From: Verrucomicrobiaceae bacterium
Lineage (GTDB): Bacteria; Verrucomicrobiota; Verrucomicrobiia; Verrucomicrobiales; Akkermansiaceae
DNA length: 64,000 nt
Direction: 5' to 3'
Assembly (NCBI GenBank): GCA_051252135.1
Contig: JBPOGH010000008.1
Location: forward strand, 1 to 64,000
Numbering within the stretch: the first letter of the stretch is position 1; each line of letters starts with the position of its first letter. Shown in pieces: positions 41,837-50,538 of this stretch. A model generated the notes under the pieces. The model was not told where the DNA came from and ran no database searches. It was given only the letters and a program-made list of their open reading frames with translations. The position numbers and the translations under genes are program-made.

Positions 41837-44809
41837 GTGATCAAATTTCAAATCTCAATCCTCCTCGCCCTCTTCCCCCTCGCCCAAGCCCAGGAGTTCC
41901 CCACCCCCTACAACAGCGAAAAGGACACCTCCGCCAACCCTCCCTCACCCCAAAAAGCCGCCGCCTCCTTTCAGGTCCCCGAAGGCTTCCAAACCACCGT
42001 CTTCGCCGCCGAGCCCGACATCCAAAACCCCATCGCCCTGGCCTGGGATCACAAAGGCCGCATGTGGGTCGCCGAAAACTACACCTACGCCGAAAAAGGC
42101 AAACGCTTCGATCTCTCCCTCCGCGACCGCGTCATCATCCTCCAAGACAAAGACCACGACGGCCACGCCGAGACCCGCAAGGTCTTCTCCGACAAACTCC
42201 AGATGCTCACCTCCGTCGAGGTCGCAAAGGACGGCGTCTACCTCATGTGCCCGCCCCAACTCCTCTTCGTCCCCGATGCCGATCAAGACGACATCCCCGA
42301 CGCCGAACCTCGGGTCATTCTCGATGGCTTCACCGTCGCCCACAGCAACTACCACAATCTCGCCAACGGCCTCCGCTGGGGACCCGATGGCTGGCTCTAC
42401 GGACGCTGCGGTGGCTCCTGCCCCGGACTCGTCGGCACCCCCGGCACCGCCAAGGAAATGCGCGTCCCCATCGAGGGCGGCATCTGGCGCTTCCACCCCA
42501 CCCGCAAAACCTTCGAAGTCCTCTGCCACGGCACCACCAACCCCTGGGGCTTCGATTTCGACCAGCACGGCGAACTCTTCTTCATCAACACCGTCAACGG
42601 CCACCTCTGGCACGCCATCCCCGGCGCCCACTTCGACCGCCCCTTCGCCCCCTCACCCAACAAGCTCGTCTTCGAGCCCATCCAAATGCACGCCGACCAC
42701 TGGCACTTCGACCGCGCAGGAAAATGGCAGGATTCACGCGACGGCAAAGCCAACTCCCACGGCGGAGGCCACGCCCACATCGGCATGTGCATCTACCAGG
42801 GCGGCCACCTCCCAGACTACTGGAATGGCAAACTCCTCACCTGGAACCAACACGGCAAACGCCTCAACGTCGAAAAACTCAACCGCCATGGCTCCGGCTA
42901 CCTCGCCACTCATGAACCCGACGCCTTCATCTCCGGCGACCCCTGGTTCCGTGGCCTCGAAATCTCCACCGGCCCCGATGGTGCCCTCTACGCCCTCGAC
43001 TGGTCGGACACCGGCGAATGCCACGATCACACCGGCGTCCACCGCACCTCCGGCCGCATCTACCGCTTCTCCCACGGCACCCCTCCCAAACCCGACCTCC
43101 ACCTCCTCCAAAACATCACCCCCGAAAAACTCACCCAAATCATCAAACATCCCAACGTCTGGTACGAACGCCAAGCCCGCAAACTCCTCACCCCAACCCC
43201 CGAGCTCATCGCCACCGCCCAAAACCTCCTCAAATCAGAAAACACCGTCACCCAACTCCGCTCCCTCTGGACGCTCAATGCCTTGGAAACATCTAGGCCT
43301 GAGACCCTTCTCGCCAACAATAACGAGCATCTCCGGGCTTGGGCCATTCGTCTCCTCACCGACCGAAAACCAATCGACCACGTTCACGGGCTCCATCCCC
43401 GAAATACCCTGCCGATTCTCGACCCATTTCCGCCGGTAGATCGACTAATCAAACTTGCAGAAACAGAACCCTCGCCATTGGTCAGACTGGCTCTTGCCTC
43501 TTCCATTCAAAGGGTTGGAATTTCAGATCGTCCCGCCCTCGCAATCTCCCTAGCTGCTCGAAATGACGACCAAGACCACAACCTTCCAAAACTCGTCTGG
43601 TTCGGCATCGCCCCCCTCCTCAAAGACCACCCTGAAGGCTTAATTGAAGCCGCCAAAGCCACCACCTGGCCCGACCTCCTCCGCTACATCGCCCGCGCCA
43701 TGGCCTCTCAACCCGATGCCATCATCGACCTCGCCATCGCCCATCCCAACAAAGCCCCCCACCTCCTCCAAGGCCTCTCCGAGGGCTTCAAAGGCTGGCA
43801 CAAAGCACCCCTCCCCAAAAACTGGGATCAAGCCGTCGACACCCTCTCCGAAAAGAACCCCGACCTCATCCGCGAGCTCTCCGCCCTCTTCGGCGACGGC
43901 CGCGCCCTCGACTCCCTCCGCAAGATCGCCCTCGATCACAACGCCGGATTCGCCACCCGCCAGACCGCCCTCCAAGGCCTCATCGACGCCCGCCCAGACG
44001 ACCTCCGCCCCCTCTGCGAAAAACTCCTCAACGTCCGCTACCTCAACAAAACCGCCATCCGCGGCCTCGCCACCTTCGCCGACCCCGCCATCGCCACCCT
44101 CCTCCTCAAAAAATACCCCGGCCTCCGCCCCGACGAAAAACAAACCGTCATCGACGCCCTCGTCACCCGCCCCACCTGGGCCAACTCCCTTCTAACAGAA
44201 ACCGAATCCCAAAAGATTCCCCGCACCGCCATCACCCCCTTCCACGCCCGCCAAATCGTCTCCCTCAACGACGAAACACTCACCGCCCGCCTCCACAAAA
44301 TCTGGGGCCAGGTCCGCCTCTCCGATGCCTCCAAAAAGAAGTCCATCGAAGTCCTCCAACTCGCCTTCACCCCTGAATTCCGCGCCCAGGCCGACCTCTC
44401 CGCCGGCCGCCTCCACTTCCAAAACCTCTGCGCAAGCTGCCACCTCCTCTACGGCCAAGGCGGCAAACTCGGCCCCGACCTCACCGGATCCGGCCGCGCC
44501 GATCTCGGCTACCTCTTGGAAAACATCATCGACCCCTCCGCCATCGTCCCCGCCGAATACCGCATGACCACCCTCCAGCTCCACGATGGCCGCACCCTCG
44601 CCGGAGTCATCGCCTCCCAAACCGACCGCACCCTCACCCTCCGCAGCCTCACCGAAGAAACCACCCTCGAGAAATCTGCCATCAAAAAGACCACCACCCT
44701 CGAGAACTCCATCATGCCCGAAGGCCTCCTCAACACCCTCACCCCCAACCAAACCCGCGACCTCCTCGCCTACCTCATGCACCCCAAACAAGTCCCCCTC
44801 AAAAAATAA
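41837..44809 (+). CDS. PVC-type haem-binding CxxCH protein (membrane-bound dehydrogenase-like domain, HEAT-like repeats, cytochrome c)
   Basis: FAAEPDIQNP, WDHKGRMWVAE, NGLRWGPDGWLYG, GTTNPWG, CASCH…GPDLTG…SIMPEGL. Confidence 0.9.
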   Translation: MIKFQISILLALFPLAQAQEFPTPYNSEKDTSANPPSPQKAAASFQVPEGFQTTVFAAEPDIQNPIALAWDHKGRMWVAENYTYAEKGKRFDLSLRDRVIILQDKDHDGHAETRKVFSDKLQMLTSVEVAKDGVYLMCPPQLLFVPDADQDDIPDAEPRVILDGFTVAHSNYHNLANGLRWGPDGWLYGRCGGSCPGLVGTPGTAKEMRVPIEGGIWRFHPTRKTFEVLCHGTTNPWGFDFDQHGELFFINTVNGHLWHAIPGAHFDRPFAPSPNKLVFEPIQMHADHWHFDRAGKWQDSRDGKANSHGGGHAHIGMCIYQGGHLPDYWNGKLLTWNQHGKRLNVEKLNRHGSGYLATHEPDAFISGDPWFRGLEISTGPDGALYALDWSDTGECHDHTGVHRTSGRIYRFSHGTPPKPDLHLLQNITPEKLTQIIKHPNVWYERQARKLLTPTPELIATAQNLLKSENTVTQLRSLWTLNALETSRPETLLANNNEHLRAWAIRLLTDRKPIDHVHGLHPRNTLPILDPFPPVDRLIKLAETEPSPLVRLALASSIQRVGISDRPALAISLAARNDDQDHNLPKLVWFGIAPLLKDHPEGLIEAAKATTWPDLLRYIARAMASQPDAIIDLAIAHPNKAPHLLQGLSEGFKGWHKAPLPKNWDQAVDTLSEKNPDLIRELSALFGDGRALDSLRKIALDHNAGFATRQTALQGLIDARPDDLRPLCEKLLNVRYLNKTAIRGLATFADPAIATLLLKKYPGLRPDEKQTVIDALVTRPTWANSLLTETESQKIPRTAITPFHARQIVSLNDETLTARLHKIWGQVRLSDASKKKSIEVLQLAFTPEFRAQADLSAGRLHFQNLCASCHLLYGQGGKLGPDLTGSGRADLGYLLENIIDPSAIVPAEYRMTTLQLHDGRTLAGVIASQTDRTLTLRSLTEETTLEKSAIKKTTTLENSIMPEGLLNTLTPNQTRDLLAYLMHPKQVPLKK

Positions 44810-44840
44810 CCACTTTCCACCTCCCACTCAGCATCCTCCC

Positions 44841-45122
44841 CCGCTGCCAACGGCAGCACACAATCAAAGCATGGGGCTTCAGCCCCATGACCCCCAACCA
44901 CCAGACGACCGCGTGCTGAAGGCACGCCAGAATCTCCCGCTAACCAATCGACCCCCATACCCCAACCCCTTCACCACCGAAATCCACCAATTCCCCACAA
45001 CCCATCCCCGCTGCCAACGGCAGCACACAGCCAAAGCATGGGGCTTCAGCCCCATGACTCCCAACCACCAGACGACCGCGTGCTGAAGGCACGCGAGAAT
45101 CCCCCGTAAACCAATCGATCCC
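44841..45122. repeat. Two tandem REP-like triple-hairpin units (167-bp period)
   Basis: GCTGCCAACGGCAGC, CATGGGGCTTCAGCCCCATG and GCGTGCTGAAGGCACGC at 44841 and again at 45008. Confidence 0.85.
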
Positions 45123-45275
45123 ATGCCCCAATCCCTTCACCAAATCTACGGCCACATCATCTTCTCAACCAAGGATCGCTACCCCCTCATCACCCCGGAC
45201 ATCGAACCCGGCCTACACCGCTACCTCGCCGGAATCGTTCGACAACTTCTCCTCAGTTCCCGAGCCTCGGTCTAA
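45123..45275 (+). pseudogene. tnpA: Truncated IS200/IS605-family Y1 transposase (N-terminal ~42 aa)
   Basis: Manual translation MPQSLHQIYGHIIFSTKDRYPLITPDIEPGLHRYLAGIVRQL…*. It has the HxxFSTKxR motif but stops before the HUH motif and catalytic Tyr. Confidence 0.8.
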
Positions 45276-45356
45276 TTCGCTGGAACCGGAAGTAAATTTG
45301 CGCTTCTGCTTTCTCGATTGAGGTAATCCGCGAGAGAGTCATTTCCCAATTTAGAA

Positions 45357-47153
45357 TCAGGCGGTATCTTTACGTGATGCCGCTTTTTTCTTGAGGGACG
45401 GACCGATACAGCGGAGCGACTCCCAGAAAGCTCCTGCCACTCCCAATAAGAGAATGACCAATGTCAGCTTTCCAAAAAGATCACCGGTCCGACTATAGAG
45501 TGTTCGCCTGGAATCCAAATGGACAGGCTCCACCCGCTGGCCGGAAATCCCCGCTTCTGCACGAAGCTGCTTGATCTCTTCCACCATCACCATGAATTTT
45601 TCTCGGATCTCCGGATCAGTCGATAGTTTGCCTTTGTGCTCCTTGCGGAACTTCATCACATCACTAATGTGATCAAGTTCGGGTGCTCCTTTTCCGGTCC
45701 AAGTATCGCCGGATGAATTCGTGATCTCTCCGTAAATCTCGCCAGTCGGTTTCACGAAACAAGAAATTCCGGTATTCGCGCTGCGGGCGATTCCCAAGCG
45801 ACCCTCCACCGCACGAAACGGCAGGAGGTAGTGATTGTGTACCATCGCACGGTTCCGCAAAAAACCGCCGTTATTGGCAATGTTCACTACGAATCCAATC
45901 GGCTTTTTGTCATCCTCTCGAGCCGGAAGAAAGGTCCCGACATCTTTCGGGTAGATAATTTCATTGCAAATTCCGACGACATATCGCCAGGAAGCTTCGG
46001 TCTCGTTGGCCAAGGTGAAAATTTCGCGGGAGGTTCCTGGAGTGAACCAATCGTTACGACCTTCGGCGACATTCGCCTCCAGCCATTTGTGGGCAAATGT
46101 TCCCTCCCACGGAAGATACTCGCCGACTGGGAAAAGGTGAATTTTATCCTGAGTCGCGGCCAGCTGCCCGGTTCCGGGGTCGAAGCGAAGGGCGGTGTTT
46201 CGTTTCTCCTCTCCATGAACCGTTTGCGATCCCACCAATACGGGAATCTCCTCTTGGTCGACCCACTTCTGGATCAGCTTTTTGTAACGTTGGCTCATCT
46301 GATGCTCGGGAGAGTTTCCCAACCATTCACGATTCAGTGGTGGAATGCCACTTGGGGACTCAGGCCAAATTATCATCTCAGGTTTTTCGGAACCGGTAAG
46401 AGATTCGGTGCTTAGTTCGAGCAGTTCTTGCATCAGGATGTTCGGGTCAGAGCCCGGTCCCATGCTACCATCGAACCGGGTTGGAACATCGGTCTGGATA
46501 ATCGCGAGTACCGGTCCGGCGGTCATCGAGTTTTCAGATTGGTGAAGGCGGAACGTGCTGTAAGCGGCCACGAAGACCCACGCGGCCATTACTGAAAAAA
46601 CGGGCACCTTCACTGAGTTCCAAACAAGACCTTGGGTAGACCTTTTTTCACAAATGAGGTCCGTCAAAAGCCCGCCGACCATCGCCATCGCGAAACTCAA
46701 GACATAGGACCCGCCGAGGTCACTTACCTGAATCATCCAGAGTTGCTCGTAAGCAGGTTGGGCTAAGAGGCCGAAGGGCATTCCGAGCGATCCGCTCATG
46801 CGCCAGAACTCGCCGCCGACCCAAACTACTGGAACGATGTAGGACATTGGGGAACCGGTCTTTTTTCGTAACCACGAGGCCGAGAGCACGACCAAGGCCA
46901 CGATCACGCCGTGGTAGAGTGCTAGGATTGCCAAACCAAGCTCACTGAAGGTGTTGAAATATTGGTAAACCGCGAGCCAAGTCAGGGTGGTCGCCAGTCC
47001 GATGCTGACGACCTCGAAAACCCGGAGAGGCTTCCCTGCAAGGAGGCCAATAGGAATGGTAACGAAAAATACAAAGGGCCACCAAAGATAGTAAGCGAGA
47101 TAGAAAAGAACGCCGAAGAGAGAAGAGAGTGCGAGCGTGGAGAGCTGTTTCAT
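45357..47153 (-). CDS. lnt: Apolipoprotein N-acyltransferase
   Basis: N-terminal TM helices; WPES (Glu), KIHLFPVGEYLP (Lys), ICNE (Cys), RAVE…RSANTGIS and TLYSRTGD motifs. Confidence 0.85.
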   Translation of the reverse strand: MKQLSTLALSSLFGVLFYLAYYLWWPFVFFVTIPIGLLAGKPLRVFEVVSIGLATTLTWLAVYQYFNTFSELGLAILALYHGVIVALVVLSASWLRKKTGSPMSYIVPVVWVGGEFWRMSGSLGMPFGLLAQPAYEQLWMIQVSDLGGSYVLSFAMAMVGGLLTDLICEKRSTQGLVWNSVKVPVFSVMAAWVFVAAYSTFRLHQSENSMTAGPVLAIIQTDVPTRFDGSMGPGSDPNILMQELLELSTESLTGSEKPEMIIWPESPSGIPPLNREWLGNSPEHQMSQRYKKLIQKWVDQEEIPVLVGSQTVHGEEKRNTALRFDPGTGQLAATQDKIHLFPVGEYLPWEGTFAHKWLEANVAEGRNDWFTPGTSREIFTLANETEASWRYVVGICNEIIYPKDVGTFLPAREDDKKPIGFVVNIANNGGFLRNRAMVHNHYLLPFRAVEGRLGIARSANTGISCFVKPTGEIYGEITNSSGDTWTGKGAPELDHISDVMKFRKEHKGKLSTDPEIREKFMVMVEEIKQLRAEAGISGQRVEPVHLDSRRTLYSRTGDLFGKLTLVILLLGVAGAFWESLRCIGPSLKKKAASRKDTA

Positions 47154-47187
47154 GTGTGACTGCGCCAGGCTTTTCTCTTGCGCCCTC

Positions 47188-49515
47188 CTACTCCGGGCGA
47201 GCGCGATAAAAACGGCGACCGCTAGTCTCTGAAGACTGATCGATGAGCTTGATCTCACCGTCAACGGCCCGCGCGCGCCCCATCCCGAACCAGTTCTCTA
47301 GATCAGGGGAGGACTCCAGGAGGTAGCCGCGGCCATTGGCTCCATTCGAGGAAAATATCCTGCGTCCGTCCTCCGCGATCTGGAGGCGGCCTGTGAGAGG
47401 AAGAGGTTCGCTGTCGAAGTCCTCGGTCGTGACCGCGATTTGGGTGAGTGCTCCAGTGACATTAACTTCGATCTCTTCTTCGATCTCTTTCTTCCCAAGG
47501 GCCCGCGTTCCCTCGACGCTGGCATGGATGGTCCAGAGAGTATTCCCATCGGAAACGACCGGGATATGCGCCACGCCATCCGCGCCCGTGAAGCTGTAGG
47601 AATGAAAGTCGTCGTCATCAATCGTGGCGAAGGCATGGAGGGTGAGGCCTGCGAGGGGGGCATTGGTATTCCGATCCGTGATCGTAAGTTCGATTTCGGG
47701 AGTGGTTTCATCGACCTTGATGACATCGAGATCCACCTCTAACTCTCCATCGAATTCCGGGTCACCCGGATCCACGGTGACCGTCGGTTGGCCGATGAAA
47801 ATGAGTTTCTCCTTTCGGCGGGCGACCTCGGTGGGGTCCGGGAATACCAGCCAATCTCCTTCGGCGAGGAAAATGCAGTATTCTCCATCCGTTTCGAAAG
47901 TGGATTGGAGGACATATTCGTCCACCGTCAGCTCTTTGTTATGAGCGAGAAGCCGAAGACGACCGATGGGCTCGCCTTCCTCGTCGGAAACTACGCCGAT
48001 GAGTTCCGCCATCGCGGGCCGCGCTGTCGGGTTGTGTTCAATGGACTGTCGTTCACCAGTCACGTGAATTTCCTGCATGGTGACCCCCGTGTGATCTGAA
48101 TCTTCGAGTGAAAAAGAAAATGGAGAGACTTCCCAATGTCCCGGGGTGACTGCGAGCCGGTAACGTCCTTCCTCATCGGTCACTCCATAGGCGGACTCTT
48201 GGGTTGCTTGATTGAGCGCGACGATCTCGACCCCGAAAATTGAAGGTCCCGAGGTGCTCGTCAGGGTTCCGTGAACAAGGGATGATGCTCGTTTTAAAGT
48301 TAGCTCCAAGCCCCTGACATCACTTCCTCCGGTAGTGTCCGCAAGTGCTAGACTGGATGGGATGATGCAACCCAGCTTTGCGGCGATTTCTCCCCGCACG
48401 AGAATGCTCCAATGATTTTCATTCACCATCACGCTGAAATTTCCTGCTTCATCGGTCCAGGTGACGGTGAAGAATTGCGCGGTGACCTCTTCGGTGACCG
48501 GCGGAGTTGAGAAGAAAAGCTCAACTCCCGCCATGGGGAGGAGGGTTTCCGAATCCTTCAATGTGCCTGAAATCAAGCGGGTTCCTTTCTCCAGGAAAAT
48601 GTCATGATCGAAAAAAGTGTCTTCCACGAGATTGACCTCGGTCCCCGGCCCAAATCTCCCAACGTAACCCTCCTTTGTGGCGGCAAAGTCGAACTCATTC
48701 CTTTCCTCCGAAGGCAGGAAATAGTCTCCTGATTCGTCCGCGGTCGTACCGGAAAGAATATCGGCATAACCGGAGAGCGGCCACATTTTCACCACGAGTG
48801 CTCCGGGAATGGGCTGGCTGGTGTCCTGATCGATGACCGAACCCGTCAGACCTTGCGCGGCGTCTTCCTCGGCGGAAACTACGCTCACCGGAAGATCCAC
48901 GGAAAAGGTCGCGCCGGGGTTTCCCGGATCAGCAGGCGGGGCATTTGAGATGCGGTAGAGGTAGTCACCCACGATGCTCGCAGCGCTCGGTTCATAATAA
49001 TCGATCTGGGCGATGATGGTGCCTTCCGCAATCACGGTGGTATCGACCGGGAGGTTGAAATTATAAACCTTTCCGATGAGCTCGGCCCCGCCATCGGTGA
49101 TGAAGTGGCTTCCCTGAAGCATGAGTGGCGCGCCTCCCGGAAGGACGCGGAATTTTTCAAGGAGAACGGTCTGACCCGGCGCGAGACCCTCGATTGTGAG
49201 GTCGAGAAATCCGAAAAAATCATCAGGGATTTCCGTTACCGTGAGGGCGGGAGTGCCCTCATCGTCGTCGTGATCCACCGTGAGCGTGACCGCGCCGGGC
49301 ACGACCCCTGCAACCTCGGGCTTGTTTTCTGCTGGGAGAGACGGGACGGGCGTATTCCAACTGATAATGGTGAGCTGTTCCGGGAGGCGCACGTCAGCCC
49401 AAACCGTGCTTCCAAGCATACTGTGAACTGTAGCGAGGGCCGTCCCGGCGGTCAGGAATAGGGCGCTGGTGGAAAGAAGGAGAAATTTGGATGCGGCGGC
49501 GAGGTGGTCATTCAT
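47188..49515 (-). CDS. Acidic secreted protein with repeated carboxypeptidase-regulatory-like (prealbumin-fold) domains and C-terminal SxDLxxW domain
   Basis: Signal peptide; repeated GxVxD…TDxxGxY/F units; ends YLLESSPDLENW…RRFYRARPE. Confidence 0.78.
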   Translation of the reverse strand: MNDHLAAASKFLLLSTSALFLTAGTALATVHSMLGSTVWADVRLPEQLTIISWNTPVPSLPAENKPEVAGVVPGAVTLTVDHDDDEGTPALTVTEIPDDFFGFLDLTIEGLAPGQTVLLEKFRVLPGGAPLMLQGSHFITDGGAELIGKVYNFNLPVDTTVIAEGTIIAQIDYYEPSAASIVGDYLYRISNAPPADPGNPGATFSVDLPVSVVSAEEDAAQGLTGSVIDQDTSQPIPGALVVKMWPLSGYADILSGTTADESGDYFLPSEERNEFDFAATKEGYVGRFGPGTEVNLVEDTFFDHDIFLEKGTRLISGTLKDSETLLPMAGVELFFSTPPVTEEVTAQFFTVTWTDEAGNFSVMVNENHWSILVRGEIAAKLGCIIPSSLALADTTGGSDVRGLELTLKRASSLVHGTLTSTSGPSIFGVEIVALNQATQESAYGVTDEEGRYRLAVTPGHWEVSPFSFSLEDSDHTGVTMQEIHVTGERQSIEHNPTARPAMAELIGVVSDEEGEPIGRLRLLAHNKELTVDEYVLQSTFETDGEYCIFLAEGDWLVFPDPTEVARRKEKLIFIGQPTVTVDPGDPEFDGELEVDLDVIKVDETTPEIELTITDRNTNAPLAGLTLHAFATIDDDDFHSYSFTGADGVAHIPVVSDGNTLWTIHASVEGTRALGKKEIEEEIEVNVTGALTQIAVTTEDFDSEPLPLTGRLQIAEDGRRIFSSNGANGRGYLLESSPDLENWFGMGRARAVDGEIKLIDQSSETSGRRFYRARPE

Positions 49516-49529
49516 GTTGATTCTGAGGT

Positions 49530-49585
49530 ACTGCTTGAAATTTGCTTTTGGCGGGAGATCTTTGACGTCTCCTTGGGACGGGGAG
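49530..49585 (-). repeat. Dispersed repeat, copy 3 (inverted)
   Basis: ACTGC…TTTGCTTTTGGCGGGAGA…TTTGA…TT.GGAC aligns with the reverse complement of 32849-32919. Confidence 0.65.
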
Positions 49586-49593
49586 AAAGGAGC

Positions 49594-50391
49594 TTACTTA
49601 ACTGCTCCGCATCGGCGGCGGCGCAGCAAGACCAGACCACTCAAGCCGAGCAACAATGCCGAACCCGGCTCTGGCACTGCTGCCGAGAAGTTGTCAAAAG
49701 TCGCATCGGTGACGCCCGGGTCATTGAGATTTGCCGCGACCAACACTCCGGGATTTCCAGAGAGGTAAGTCGCATCAGTGGCCGTCACCGTTGCCAGAGG
49801 CTTACTCAGGTCGCTGAGGTCAAAGATTTGGCCAATCAACGATGTTCCCGATCCGCTAAAGATCAGACGATAGTCGTTCGCGGAATCAATTTCCACCGTG
49901 ACAACAGAAGAGCCGGTACTGTCAGGGTCTGAAGTCGGGGCGGACAAGACCTCGTCCGTAATCCGACCGATCATGATATAATTACAAACGTCGCAAATCA
50001 AAAGCGCATATCCGTCCGTTGTTCCCGGGCCAAAACTGGACGCGCGGGAAACCAGACCAAAGGATTGACTTACGGAATCGTCCCAATCAACGAGATCGAC
50101 CGTATTGATAAATTGCGTTTGATTCACATCGGCACGGTAGCTGCCGACCCGCGAAGGTCCGAGTTGAGGAGCCGGGGAGGCGGGAGCTTGATTTTGATAG
50201 CGATCTCCGTTGGGGAAATCGCGAGAAGCGAAAGAGCCGCCCAAAGCCGCGCCAATCGGATCGTAACGTGTCCAGCCTGCGTCATCCCCGTCGTTGAAGT
50301 CATCAATAAGGGTGACCGCAGAGGCAGGAATGGCGAGGAGGACGAGCGACGAACAAGCCGTGAGTTGTGTTTTTAAAGTCATGGATATCAT
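49594..50391 (-). CDS. PEP-CTERM sorting domain protein
   Basis: Signal peptide and C-terminal VPEPGSALLLGLSGLVLLRRRR. Start is 50391 or 50382. Confidence 0.9.
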   Translation of the reverse strand: MISMTLKTQLTACSSLVLLAIPASAVTLIDDFNDGDDAGWTRYDPIGAALGGSFASRDFPNGDRYQNQAPASPAPQLGPSRVGSYRADVNQTQFINTVDLVDWDDSVSQSFGLVSRASSFGPGTTDGYALLICDVCNYIMIGRITDEVLSAPTSDPDSTGSSVVTVEIDSANDYRLIFSGSGTSLIGQIFDLSDLSKPLATVTATDATYLSGNPGVLVAANLNDPGVTDATFDNFSAAVPEPGSALLLGLSGLVLLRRRRCGAVK

Positions 50392-50538
50392 GGTTCTTTT
50401 TTGGTTGGTGCTGGGGCAAGGCTTGGAAATCATCGTTGATCTCTCCTCTTCACCTCCAATTCCCTTTTTTCAGGAGAACATTACCAAAAAAGGTGAACTA
50501 ATTTTGATCACCCTTCCCGCCCCGGAATTCCGTGACTT

